Made by a program: the position numbers and the translations under genes. A stretch of DNA of 64,000 nucleotides, taken from positions 64,001-128,000 of the forward strand of contig JBHLKM010000003.1 of the NCBI GenBank assembly GCA_048886685.1, written 5' to 3'. Every line of letters begins with the position of its first letter. Position 1 is the first letter of the stretch. A model generated the notes under the pieces. That model had not been told where the DNA came from, did not search any database, and saw only the letters and a program-made list of their open reading frames with translations. Source of the stretch: Candidatus Hodarchaeota archaeon. Its GTDB lineage: Archaea > Asgardarchaeota > Lokiarchaeia > Sigyniarchaeales > SOKP01. Below, piece by piece: positions 48,306 to 58,827 of this stretch.

Positions 48306-49979
48306 TTGAGAAATAGAAAACATATCAGTATTGCTTTAATTCTTTTTATTGTATTTAGTACTTTTTTTAGTGTTGCTTTATTTTCCTTTAGCGAAGCCCC
48401 AATTTCAGATATAGATAATGAAAAAAGATCTTTCAAACCCAAATTAGCAGATGGCCCTCCCTTACCTTATTATGCGATAAATCGAAGTGCTGAAAGCATT
48501 TATCGACTTTTTGAGTCTGTTAATTTCACAATTGACACCTTCGGATATAGCGACGTTGATCATGCGGATATGCGAATAGATTTTTCTAATGGCTCTACTA
48601 TAGATTATAATATGCAAAATGTTGCGCCTAATAGATATTCCTATGAGTATAAACCAAGGTATGATGCACATTTAGGACTTCAGAATGTAAGTTTTCTTAT
48701 TTACAATATTACCAATACACTATTAAATGCACATACAACTTATACAAATTTTACAATTAAAACTAACTACTTAGCAACCAATATTAATTCTGAATATTAC
48801 ATTGGAGATGAATTAAATCCGAATTTTCTTATTACAAATTGTTCAAAATGGAATCTTACCATTGTAGATAGTACAGTTGAATCGGTACAGCGCAATATAA
48901 CTAACTTTGAATATAATTCTTTTCAATTTACTTATCGAATTAACAACGAAACTTTTTATAACTTTTTAGATCAAACTTTTTTTATTAAACTCAATATGAC
49001 AAATACAGACTTTGGGATTAAAGGCGCTGCATATTTTCCATTTAAAGTTTTAAATACGAATCCCATAATAAATATTGCTTCAATTACATTTACTCCAGAA
49101 GAACCATACAGGGATGAAGATTGTGAGATTACTCTAAATGTGACTGATTTAGAAGACCTCTCAGAAAATCTGAAAGTAATTGTGTCTATTGAAGATCCTA
49201 ACGGGCTCTTACTTAAAACGATTGTATTAAGTCATGATGCTAATATCACTTTTTCAGGGGATTTTTCTGTTCCTACGGAAAGGCCTGTTGGAAGATATAA
49301 GGCTGATATTAGAGCAGAAGACCTAGTTGATGGAACTGAATCTATAACTGTATATTTCATGGTCAAAAATAACCTACCTGAAATTCACAGCTATAAGATT
49401 AATGGAAGATCAGGGGATCAAGGATTGTCAATATTATATGGTAAAAATTTGATCTTTTCTTTTAATGTTTCGGATGTAGAAGGAGTTGCTTACGTTAAAG
49501 TCGCTCTTTTAGATGAAAATTATGAATGGTATAATATAACTCGAGATTATATCGGGATTGATACAGAAATAACTATCCGGACTATTGATTTAATAACTGG
49601 TGTCTGGTATGTCTATATTTATGTTATAGATTCTGACGGAGTAATCATAAGCCTTATAGATGATTATGATAAAGCACCTCAAGCAATAACTATTATTCCT
49701 GATCGATTAAGTGATTACTTACCCTGGATAATTTTTTTTCTGGGATTAATCTTAGGTATTTTAATAAGTGTTGGGCTTGTTTACAGACATTTTAAATCAA
49801 AAATGATTGATTCAAAAGCTGTACTTCCCAAAAAGAAAGAAATATCACCAAAAAAACCGTCAGAAAAGAAAAAAGTGGAACAAGTTAAAGAAATTGTTGA
49901 AGAAAAAGACACAATAGAAAAAACGCCAGAACAAAAAGAAGAGAGGGTGCCTAAACGTAGAATAAAAAGAAGATTATAA
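48306..49979 (+). CDS. Membrane-anchored surface protein with Ig-like repeats
   Basis: Signal-like N-terminus, N..P.I...NV(T/S)D.E repeats, TM near the C-end, Lys/Glu-rich tail. Confidence 0.75.
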   Translation: MRNRKHISIALILFIVFSTFFSVALFSFSEAPISDIDNEKRSFKPKLADGPPLPYYAINRSAESIYRLFESVNFTIDTFGYSDVDHADMRIDFSNGSTIDYNMQNVAPNRYSYEYKPRYDAHLGLQNVSFLIYNITNTLLNAHTTYTNFTIKTNYLATNINSEYYIGDELNPNFLITNCSKWNLTIVDSTVESVQRNITNFEYNSFQFTYRINNETFYNFLDQTFFIKLNMTNTDFGIKGAAYFPFKVLNTNPIINIASITFTPEEPYRDEDCEITLNVTDLEDLSENLKVIVSIEDPNGLLLKTIVLSHDANITFSGDFSVPTERPVGRYKADIRAEDLVDGTESITVYFMVKNNLPEIHSYKINGRSGDQGLSILYGKNLIFSFNVSDVEGVAYVKVALLDENYEWYNITRDYIGIDTEITIRTIDLITGVWYVYIYVIDSDGVIISLIDDYDKAPQAITIIPDRLSDYLPWIIFFLGLILGILISVGLVYRHFKSKMIDSKAVLPKKKEISPKKPSEKKKVEQVKEIVEEKDTIEKTPEQKEERVPKRRIKRRL

Positions 49980-50033
49980 ATGTATAAAATTTCTCTGTTA
50001 TTTTCTTCTTTATAAAATCACTATTTTAATTTA

Positions 50034-50945
50034 TTATTGTAAGATATCGTAAAGCTTATATTGAAATTTCCCAAGTTTACCTCCAAAATTACCTGCAGAG
50101 ATTCTATTTATACCAGAAACTTTTACCGCTGCTTCAATTCCTAGTTTCATCGCAGTTTTTATCGATTTTTCTGTAGCTCCATCTAAGATTATCTCATAAA
50201 CACAGTTATCTCCTTCACGCAAATCTGAATTTTCAATTTTATTTTTAAGAGTTGGACAGAGTGGATCATTAGTGGATGCATTCAAAAAACTATATTTTGA
50301 TCCTACTTTTGATCCAGATCGTGCTATACCACCAGGGAATGGAGCTATCACGTTGGGCACATCTTTTATTGCATCTATTGCCTTTTCGGCAGCTTCAAGG
50401 GCAAGATCTTGATTTTCTCCAATTATTAAGAAATTTCCTCCCGCAATTCCCTTCCCTACTTTCGCCATACTTTGGACTATAAATTCTCCTTCCATAACTG
50501 GTATTGACCACGCCTCAAAGGGGAACTTACCTTCAATCTTCTCTTGAAACCCATCACCAAAAAATTTAAGATTTGCGCCTATTTTTATTTCAAATTCTTT
50601 TTCAGGGTCTAATGATTCATCTAATGCATCATAACAAGCAGTGGTGGGGCATGTCAAGACACATTGTCCCAGTCGATTCATTACAACGTTACTCACCTGA
50701 TCCTTTTTTGTTTTAAAAAACATTACTATCACTCCCGGACGATTATCTGGGGTTCTATCTGAAGGGACAAAGATATCTATTCCTGCTTCAGCATCACAAT
50801 GAATTGTTGATGTTCCATAACCTGTTGAAACTAATGCAGCAATTTTCGCCCACTTTTCATTCTTAGCAGTAATTAGTATTCGTGTAAAGAAACCACCAAA
50901 AGCTTCACAGAAGGTATCTTCAATTTCTACACCATTTAAATCCAT
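50034..50945 (-). CDS. ftr: Formylmethanofuran--tetrahydromethanopterin N-formyltransferase
   Basis: NGVEIEDTFCEAF, TPDNRPG, GQCVLTCPTTA, PFPGGIARSGSKVGSKY, AGNFGGKLG. Confidence 0.96.
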   Translation of the reverse strand: MDLNGVEIEDTFCEAFGGFFTRILITAKNEKWAKIAALVSTGYGTSTIHCDAEAGIDIFVPSDRTPDNRPGVIVMFFKTKKDQVSNVVMNRLGQCVLTCPTTACYDALDESLDPEKEFEIKIGANLKFFGDGFQEKIEGKFPFEAWSIPVMEGEFIVQSMAKVGKGIAGGNFLIIGENQDLALEAAEKAIDAIKDVPNVIAPFPGGIARSGSKVGSKYSFLNASTNDPLCPTLKNKIENSDLREGDNCVYEIILDGATEKSIKTAMKLGIEAAVKVSGINRISAGNFGGKLGKFQYKLYDILQ

Positions 50946-51118
50946 TTTGAGTATTACTCCTTCTAATTTATTATTTTCAAAATATAATTTTTAATTATTG
51001 TATGAACTAATAGCATTCTATTTTATATAAAATTTTAAAAAAAAAATAAAAACATTGAACAATTGTATGGAATTATATTTTCAAATTAAAATTGAAATTA
51101 CTAACTATGCTGTAAAAA

Positions 51119-51955
51119 ATGAGTGAAAGAGTACTTAAGATTGGAATATTAAAGAATGGAACTATTGGATCATCTCTATTACTTGCTTTCTTAATGGATG
51201 AGCGTGCTGAAGCTACGCGGATTAATGTATACGAAGTTACATCTGGTGCAAAAATGCACCCTCCCGAAATGTGCACAAAAACTATGGAAGATCTACTAAA
51301 ATGGAATCCTGAACTAATTGTTATGTCAAGTCCTAATGCTGCTTTACCAGGACCAAAATCGGCCAGAGAAATGGCAGGAGATATTCCTACAATAGTTATT
51401 TCAGATGCACCGGCTAAAAAAGCGGTTGATGAAATTAAAGAAAAGAACATGGGTTATATTTTAGTAAATTGTGACAGTATGATTGGAGCACGCAGACCCT
51501 TCCTCGACCCGATCGAGATGAGTATTTACAATTCTGACTTATTAAAGGTTCTTGCAATAACTGGAGCACTTCAAGTAATTACTGAAGAATTAAATAAAGT
51601 TATTATGGACATGTTAGAGGGAAGAGCACCTACTTTACCACAAATAATCGTGGACTCGAATAAAGCTACAGCAGCTGCGAATTTCTCTAATCCATATGCA
51701 AGAGCAAAAGCTATTGCTGCTTTTGAATTAGCGGCATCTGTTTCAAATATTACAGGAAAGGCATGTTTTCAGTTAAAAGAGAGATCTGAATATATGCCAT
51801 TACTTGCAACTGCCCATGAGATGATGAGAACTGCTGCTCTAATGTGTGATGAAGCAAGAGAAATTGAGAAAGCTAATGATACGGTAATAAGAAGACCGCA
51901 TCACGCTAAGCAGCAGCTCCTCACAAAAATAGGATTATATGATAAAGAACAGTGA
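51119..51955 (+). CDS. mtd: F420-dependent methylene-H4MPT dehydrogenase
   Basis: DERA, SGAKM, SPNAALPGP, DSMIGARR.FLDP.EM, FSNPYARAKA, AHEMMR.AA, RRPH. Confidence 0.95.
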   Translation: MSERVLKIGILKNGTIGSSLLLAFLMDERAEATRINVYEVTSGAKMHPPEMCTKTMEDLLKWNPELIVMSSPNAALPGPKSAREMAGDIPTIVISDAPAKKAVDEIKEKNMGYILVNCDSMIGARRPFLDPIEMSIYNSDLLKVLAITGALQVITEELNKVIMDMLEGRAPTLPQIIVDSNKATAAANFSNPYARAKAIAAFELAASVSNITGKACFQLKERSEYMPLLATAHEMMRTAALMCDEAREIEKANDTVIRRPHHAKQQLLTKIGLYDKEQ

Positions 51956-52025
51956 TTACTCAATCAGAAAGGAAATAGTCTTCAATATTTTCTTTTTTAT
52001 TTTAAATATTTTTTTTCTAAATAAG

Positions 52026-52982
52026 CTAAAATTCAGAAGATTTTAAATATATTTTTAAATTATTGAAAGCCTCTCCATTGAGAGCACCCATTACTCCTGC
52101 AAAAACTTCGGGTCGCTTACTTCTTGTAACAGCCATTAAAACGGCTCCATTAATAACTTCTTTTACTAATATCCAACAATCTTCTGATTCGTAAACTACA
52201 GTTGATAATTTTAATGGAGATAAATTCGAGATATTTTGAAATTCCATGATTTGTTGATAAATACCATAGATATTAGAATCTAGCGTTCCAATCTCAAATT
52301 TCATAAATTGTAAAGGCTTAGATTCAAATTTACCAAATGTTGATGTAATTAATAAGCCATCAGGCTGGTTGAATAAGAGGTATTCTGATAAAGTATTAAT
52401 CTTTAATTCATCCAGTAAATGACGAATCTTTCCTAAACGTTGTAGGGATAAAGTATTTTTCTGGATCTCAAAATCTAAAATTTCTATTAACCTATGTTGA
52501 GCACTTCCTTCTTTTACGGACACAGGAGTGAACGAAATCTTATCAAGTAATTTCCCGTTTAGCCCTTTAGATAATACCTCGTAATATTCATCTTCTTTTG
52601 ATTCTTGTAAATCAATTTTATTTAACAATACATATGCTTGATCTATTTCAGGAGAAAATTCGAACAAATATTTCAAGAAATTATCAAAAATATCACGTAC
52701 TCCCGCGTCTACTAGAGCAGAATCCACCATAAAAACTGCAGTAGTGACTTCTGAAAATATAAGTCCTCGCTGAGATTCGGAGAAATATCTTTCTAAATAT
52801 CGCTCTTGACCACCTAAATCCCAAATTGATAACTCTAAAATTCCTCTAAAAATAAAATTTTCTCTTGAAACACCTTTAGTAGGTTTTAAATTGAGAACTT
52901 TCATAAAATTGTATCCTAGACAGGTAGTTCTCATTAAGCTTGTCTTTCCTGCACCAGCAGGTCCAAATAAAAGAACTTTCAT
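52026..52982 (-). CDS. RagA/Gtr1-like small GTPase with C-terminal roadblock/longin-like domain (eukaryotic signature protein)
   Basis: GPAGAGKTS (G1), PT (G2), IWDLGGQERYLERYFSESQR..IF (Rag-type G3 region), NKID (G4), C-terminal ~130-aa alpha/beta domain. Confidence 0.85.
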   Translation of the reverse strand: MKVLLFGPAGAGKTSLMRTTCLGYNFMKVLNLKPTKGVSRENFIFRGILELSIWDLGGQERYLERYFSESQRGLIFSEVTTAVFMVDSALVDAGVRDIFDNFLKYLFEFSPEIDQAYVLLNKIDLQESKEDEYYEVLSKGLNGKLLDKISFTPVSVKEGSAQHRLIEILDFEIQKNTLSLQRLGKIRHLLDELKINTLSEYLLFNQPDGLLITSTFGKFESKPLQFMKFEIGTLDSNIYGIYQQIMEFQNISNLSPLKLSTVVYESEDCWILVKEVINGAVLMAVTRSKRPEVFAGVMGALNGEAFNNLKIYLKSSEF

Positions 52983-53221
52983 CGTGATTTAATTTTTTTT
53001 TAGAATATAATTAAGAAATCAATACATTAATATTATTTTCTATGAAATTAATTGATTTTATATAATCTTTATAATTTTATCTTTATTTAATTTTTTCTAA
53101 TTCTTAAAAAGAGAATTTAGATTAAAATTAAATTGATGAAATGACGATCCAATTAAATATAATTTTTAATTTAATTAAATACGATATAAATATAATCATA
53201 AAAAAAAGGATCAAAAATAAA

Positions 53222-53749
53222 ATGGACCTTTTAAAATATATACGCAATGTACCTGATTTTCCAGTTAAAGGAATCCAATTCAAGGACATTACTACTTTGG
53301 CTAAACTTCACGCACCTTTTAAAGATTCTTGCGACCAAATAATAAATCACTTCAGAGATAAAGGTATAACTAAAGTCACTGCAATTGAAGCAAGAGGGTA
53401 CGTTTGGGGGGGAGTTATAGCATACCAATTAGGAGCTGGGTTTGTTTTAATTAGAAAGCCAGGAAAATTACCTGCTCAGACGATTAGTGAGACATATGAA
53501 CTTGAATATGGCACAGATTCTATTGAAATGCACCGTGATGCTATTGAAGAAGGAGAGAAAGTATTAGTTTTTGATGACTTACTAGCAACTGGTGGCACAG
53601 CGAAAGCAGCATGCAATCTAGTTGAGAAAGCAGGGGGAGTAGTTGTTGGGGTTGCTTTTATAATTGAGTTAACGGGAAGTTTACATGGTAGAGATAAATT
53701 AAAGGGTTATAATACCATTTCTTTAATAGAGATTCCAGTTGAAGAATAA
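53222..53749 (+). CDS. apt: Adenine phosphoribosyltransferase
   Basis: PDFPVKGIQFKDITT, IEARG, RKPGKLP, YELEYG, DDLLATGGT. Probable ATG at 53222 (ORF track 53141). Confidence 0.96.
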   Translation: MDLLKYIRNVPDFPVKGIQFKDITTLAKLHAPFKDSCDQIINHFRDKGITKVTAIEARGYVWGGVIAYQLGAGFVLIRKPGKLPAQTISETYELEYGTDSIEMHRDAIEEGEKVLVFDDLLATGGTAKAACNLVEKAGGVVVGVAFIIELTGSLHGRDKLKGYNTISLIEIPVEE

Positions 53750-53784
53750 AATAATATGTAAAGATATTTAATCAAGTCTTTTTT

Positions 53785-54783
53785 TTAAATTCCATCCAAC
53801 TCGGCAGGAATATATCCAAAGGTAATAAAAAATCTCTTTTTTACTTGCTCTAAATTAAAAACTTGTGTTTGTGCCCCTGTAGTTTCAACCACAAATGAGC
53901 CAATAATAGCTCCTAGTCGACATGAATCTAATAGAGTCATATTTAATATTAAACCAGTTAATATTCCAGCACGATATCCATCTCCTGCCCCAGTAGTGTC
54001 TTTAATTTCTTTAGGAGTAGCAATTGGGATATTAATCTCAAATATTTTATTACCATCATCCTTATAGATCAATTCAGATCCTTCAGATCCTTTAGTTATA
54101 ATTATTGCCTTAACATGTTCAAGTATCTGTTCCTCATCCAACTCAGATTTTTCTTTTATTTGATTAATTTCATAATTATTTCCAATTAAAATTTCTGATT
54201 TATTGAGAATCTCTATTAAGCTTCCTTTTCGGAATAGTGGAGTTACTTGACCAGGATCAAATATTGTAGGAATTTTTAAATCATATAATTGGATAGAAAA
54301 ATTTGTCATAGCTTCAATACTCTGTGTTGAATTTATTGCATAAATATATTCTTCTGGATTTGATATCTTTTCTCTTAAATCAATCTCCTTACACTTATCT
54401 AAAGCACCACCATGGAAAATGATCATTTGATTAGATTTTATATCGTTAACTATATAACACGCAGCTGTGAAAAGATTTTCATGTTCATCAATTAATAATT
54501 CTATATTGTTAAACCTTTTTATATGATCCTTATATCCTAATCTTTCAAAATCATTTCCAACTGAACCAAATAAAGAAACATTCGCAATATTTAAGATTCC
54601 TAGATTATATGCAATATTCCCTGCTGTTCCACCAAAATATTGATGACGAGTGTCTGCTGTAACAGTGCTTTGATATTCTTCCTTATCATGGTCAATCGAT
54701 ACTGCATTAATAAAATTTTCTTTAAACCCCATTATATAATCAAAAGCTAGTGATCCAAGAACAAGAACTTTGGTTTTTTGCAT
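53785..54783 (-). CDS. PfkB-family nucleoside (adenosine-type) kinase
   Basis: GSLAFD.I, FGGTAGNIAY, FDPGQ, DTTGAGDGYRAG. Confidence 0.9.
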   Translation of the reverse strand: MQKTKVLVLGSLAFDYIMGFKENFINAVSIDHDKEEYQSTVTADTRHQYFGGTAGNIAYNLGILNIANVSLFGSVGNDFERLGYKDHIKRFNNIELLIDEHENLFTAACYIVNDIKSNQMIIFHGGALDKCKEIDLREKISNPEEYIYAINSTQSIEAMTNFSIQLYDLKIPTIFDPGQVTPLFRKGSLIEILNKSEILIGNNYEINQIKEKSELDEEQILEHVKAIIITKGSEGSELIYKDDGNKIFEINIPIATPKEIKDTTGAGDGYRAGILTGLILNMTLLDSCRLGAIIGSFVVETTGAQTQVFNLEQVKKRFFITFGYIPAELDGI

Positions 54784-54949
54784 GAGATTCTAAATTAAAA
54801 TTATGAAATAAATTCTATAATAATCTTTTCAATATTAAACCTTAATAGGTATAGCTATTCTGTTAAACTTTTTCATTAACTACTTGGGTTAAATATAATT
54901 TATTAAATTTCAAATATTATAATTTAAAAAACTTCAAAAGGGAAAAAAA

Positions 54950-55705
54950 ATGGGACAACAAAAAATTGGTATAATTGGTGGTTCTGGATTGGATGATCCG
55001 GACATTTTAAAGGATGCTAAAGATATAAATGTCGATACATTATATGGAAAACCTTCCTCACCTCTAAAAATTGGAAAAATTCATGATGTTGATGTAGTTC
55101 TTATAGCAAGACATGGAAGAGAGCATACTATTCCACCAACGCAAATAAATTATAGAGCTAACATACAAGCTTTAAAAGATCAGGGTTGTACTCATATATT
55201 AGCAACGACAGCTTGTGGGAGCTTGAGAGAAGAAATAGGGCGAGGTGATTTTGTCATTCTTGATCAGTTTATTGATTTCACTAGGCTGAGAAAAGTATCT
55301 TTTTTTGAAGAGTTTGCTCCCGGGGATATGAAACACACTCCAATGGCTCATCCTTATTCAGAAGAGTTAAGAAACATCCTTATTGAAACAGCAAAGGAGC
55401 TTAATCTTAAATATCATGAAAAAGGGACTGTGGTTACTATAGAAGGACCAAGATTCTCAACAAGGGCTGAATCAGAAATGTTTAGGATATGGGGGGCAGA
55501 TGTGATTAACATGAGTATCGCTTCTGAAACAATTTTGGCTAATGAAGCAGGTATCCCGTATGCCGCTGTAGCTATGTCAACAGATTATGATTGCTGGAAA
55601 GATGACGAAGTTCCAGTTACATGGGAAGAGATCTTGGATATTTTTGGGAAAAACGTTGATAATGTTATTGCTCTACTAACTAATAGTATAAAAAAGATAA
55701 GTTAA
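54950..55705 (+). CDS. mtnP: S-methyl-5'-thioadenosine phosphorylase
   Basis: IGIIGGSG, ARHG..H.IPP..INYRAN, TIEGPRFSTRAES, TDYDCW. Confidence 0.95.
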   Translation: MGQQKIGIIGGSGLDDPDILKDAKDINVDTLYGKPSSPLKIGKIHDVDVVLIARHGREHTIPPTQINYRANIQALKDQGCTHILATTACGSLREEIGRGDFVILDQFIDFTRLRKVSFFEEFAPGDMKHTPMAHPYSEELRNILIETAKELNLKYHEKGTVVTIEGPRFSTRAESEMFRIWGADVINMSIASETILANEAGIPYAAVAMSTDYDCWKDDEVPVTWEEILDIFGKNVDNVIALLTNSIKKIS

Positions 55706-55874
55706 TTTTTTGGTTTCTTGATTATTACTTTTTTTTATAATCTTTAGAATAAAAAGAATTGATAATTACAGAAATCCAAATCTTCTTGAATTTAATAAAA
55801 TTATTATTTTTTTACATATTAATTTTATATAAAAAATGTTTTCACGCTTATAAAATTCTTAGGGACTTTCAAAA

Positions 55875-57179
55875 ATGGTGAGTATTTCTTTTCTCGGAGG
55901 TTGTAGGGAAATTGGGAGAAGCGCTGTATTAGTGGAATCTAAAAGCGGTATTAAGTGCATGTTAGATTATGGGATTCGATTCCGAGGAGAAGAAAGACTT
56001 CCTATGAGTACCAACATCGAAAATCTAAAAGCAATCGCTTTAACTCATAGTCACATTGATCATTCTGGAGGATTACCTTTATTATATAAAACGGAGAAGG
56101 TACCATTCTTTACAAATTCCATTTCTCTTGCATTAACTGAAATTTTAGTAAAAGATATGATAAAAATATCAAATTATCCATATCCCTTTGGATATAGAGA
56201 ATTAGACTTATTAAAACAAAATTCATTTTTCCTTAAAAACGGGACAAGACAAAAAATAGCTGATGATTTCTTTATTACATTCATCGATGCAGGCCATATT
56301 CCGGGGAGTGTATCTATTTTGCTCGAAGTAGATCATAAAACTATTTTGTATTCTGGTGATATTAACACACAGAATACTAATTTAATTCGTTCCGCAAGCT
56401 ATTTGGATATCCCTAAGATAGATACATTAATTATTGAATCTACTTATGCTCTCCGAGAACATCCTCCAAGAGAGCAACTTGAGAAAGAATTTATAGAGAA
56501 AATACAGAATATTACCAATAATGGTGGAACAGTACTAATTCCCGCTTTCGGTGTAGCTCGTTCACAAGAAGCTCTACTTATTTTGGAGAAATATAACTAT
56601 AATGGAAAAATCTTCATCGACGGCTTGGCAAGAAAAATATCAAAATTATGTTTAGATTATCCAGATTATATCAAAAACATTAAAGTATTTAGGAATGCTT
56701 TGAAAAAAGCACATTTTGTATCGAAACCAAAAACTAGGGCACGTATAAAAAAATCTAGTGGAGTTATAATTTCTCCATCTGGTATGTTGAAGGGGGGGGC
56801 TGCAATAGATTATATTCAATCAATATTGTTGGATCCTTTATCAGCAATTTATCTTGTAGGTTATCAAGTGGAAGGAACACCTGGTAGAAATTTATTAGAT
56901 GAGGGAATTTTCGAGTTAAAAGAATCTCGAAAAAATAAACCTAATTTTAATCTAAAAATTGAAGCTCAATGCGATTACGATTATTTCGACTTTTCAAGTC
57001 ATTCTGATAGTATTCATATTCATGATTACATTGAAAACCTGACATTCAAAAAAAATACTAATAGTGATATTTTCTGTATTCATGGGGATAATAAATCAAC
57101 AACCAGCCTAGCTAGCGAATTAGTGAACAAAAATTATAACTCAGTTGCTCCTGAAATAGGAGAGATTTATCAAGTTTAG
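55875..57179 (+). CDS. Metallo-beta-lactamase/beta-CASP ribonuclease (aCPSF2-like)
   Basis: FLGG..EIGRS, THSHIDHSG, AGHIPGS, ESTYA, GYQVEGTPG, FSSH, IHGD. Confidence 0.92.
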   Translation: MVSISFLGGCREIGRSAVLVESKSGIKCMLDYGIRFRGEERLPMSTNIENLKAIALTHSHIDHSGGLPLLYKTEKVPFFTNSISLALTEILVKDMIKISNYPYPFGYRELDLLKQNSFFLKNGTRQKIADDFFITFIDAGHIPGSVSILLEVDHKTILYSGDINTQNTNLIRSASYLDIPKIDTLIIESTYALREHPPREQLEKEFIEKIQNITNNGGTVLIPAFGVARSQEALLILEKYNYNGKIFIDGLARKISKLCLDYPDYIKNIKVFRNALKKAHFVSKPKTRARIKKSSGVIISPSGMLKGGAAIDYIQSILLDPLSAIYLVGYQVEGTPGRNLLDEGIFELKESRKNKPNFNLKIEAQCDYDYFDFSSHSDSIHIHDYIENLTFKKNTNSDIFCIHGDNKSTTSLASELVNKNYNSVAPEIGEIYQV

Positions 57180-57190
57180 ACATAGGGTTT

Positions 57191-58723
57191 TCAAAATGTA
57201 ATCCTATTTTTTCTTAATTGATTTCGAACTGCTATATTACACTTTTCCAGAAATAATTCAACTTTCTCAATAGGGATTTTTGTTCCCGCTGCTGGTGGAT
57301 GTCCTCCTCCTAATACATCTAAATTTGATTGTTTACATGCATCTCTAATCGCTTCTGAGAGATTTATACCTTGATTTACAATCACTTCATCTGCTCTTCC
57401 TGAAACTTTATATACATCCTCATCAGTTCTCTTCGCTAATCCAAATATTGGTTTTGATTTATCTATACCTTTAATATTTTCGTAGATTAACATTGAAGTA
57501 ATCGTTCCTATAATACTTTCAGGAATTACATCCTCCCCAAAAAAATATTGAATCGAGTCTTTTTCTTGAATTTTTTCATTTTCTTGAATCCAAGAAAGGC
57601 TCTCAACCAAAGACTTTCTGTAATTTTTTAAAACTTCCTTAGATCGCTGGTAAACTTCCTTTCTATTTCCCATTGCAATGGCTATCCCTAACGATGAATT
57701 ATGAGTTCGACCACATGCATTTAGTAGATTGGAAAATTCTTTAGCATCATGAAGTTCTGAGCCAACGGGTTCCTTTTTTAATATATATCGATTCACAATT
57801 AATTTTTTAATTATTTTTTTAGGTTCTAAATCTAGTTTAAGTGATGCATATTCAATAATAGCTGACGAAATTTTTTGTTTCTCATCTTGGTTTAATTCAT
57901 TCAACGTTTTTACATTACCTTCAGAATTTTCCATTAAAATTCCTTGAGTTTTCAAGAAAATCAAAGATCTATTTGCATCCTTCGATAATCCAGGTAAAAA
58001 AATTTCTGTTGAATAAGCAATTGCTTCATTTAAAGGTTTTAGACTAGGAAAATTTAAATCATTTACAACTTCGATTAATTCTAAATTCATCGCATCTTCT
58101 AAAATTAACTTGTTTAGTCCTATAAAAGATTTGTTTAATCCCTGATTTTGAATATCCCCAATTGCCCCAACAATAGCGATTGGTGATAAGTCTGAATTTT
58201 CTTGATTCAAACATTTCGCGAAATAATAGCATAATCCAGCACCAGAAATTTGATTACTACCGTCAATGTCATAAAAATAAGGATTAATGTGCCATTTTTT
58301 TGTTTTTTCATAAATTTCTTCAATTTTTTTAATTTCTTCTTTATTGGAAACATTCTGGGGTATGTGATGATCCAGAATTAGAAAAGAATTAAAATCTGCT
58401 TCATGAATTAATTTTGATTGTATTTCTAAATACTGTCCACTTCCAAAATCAGAAAAGATTAAAAAATTCTTAAATTCTTGAACTTTTTTTAATATCTTCT
58501 CAATTTCTTTTTTTTCTAATTGTCTCAGTACAGTAATTTGAAATGGTATTTCTTCTCGATATAAAGCTTTGCCGAGAATTGCACCCGAGCTTAATCCATC
58601 TGCATCCAGATGGGTATATATATGAACAGGAGTGTTCATTGTATTGATACACTTCAGTAAGTTATTCTTTACAACCTCAAGATTGATAAGCAATTTAGCT
58701 AATTTTTCTTTATCTTTGTCCAT
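57191..58723 (-). CDS. DHH-family phosphoesterase (RecJ/GAN-like)
   Basis: HLDADG, SDFGSG, LDHH, GAIGD.Q, LLNACGR, GGGHPPAAG. Confidence 0.92.
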   Translation of the reverse strand: MDKDKEKLAKLLINLEVVKNNLLKCINTMNTPVHIYTHLDADGLSSGAILGKALYREEIPFQITVLRQLEKKEIEKILKKVQEFKNFLIFSDFGSGQYLEIQSKLIHEADFNSFLILDHHIPQNVSNKEEIKKIEEIYEKTKKWHINPYFYDIDGSNQISGAGLCYYFAKCLNQENSDLSPIAIVGAIGDIQNQGLNKSFIGLNKLILEDAMNLELIEVVNDLNFPSLKPLNEAIAYSTEIFLPGLSKDANRSLIFLKTQGILMENSEGNVKTLNELNQDEKQKISSAIIEYASLKLDLEPKKIIKKLIVNRYILKKEPVGSELHDAKEFSNLLNACGRTHNSSLGIAIAMGNRKEVYQRSKEVLKNYRKSLVESLSWIQENEKIQEKDSIQYFFGEDVIPESIIGTITSMLIYENIKGIDKSKPIFGLAKRTDEDVYKVSGRADEVIVNQGINLSEAIRDACKQSNLDVLGGGHPPAAGTKIPIEKVELFLEKCNIAVRNQLRKNRITF

Positions 58724-58827
58724 TTTAGATAATCATAAATTCAAAATTGAAACTATAATATAATAAGATATCAAAATTATAATAAATACCTCATTTAAAA
58801 AAAGTAAATTTACTAAAGTGAAAATAA

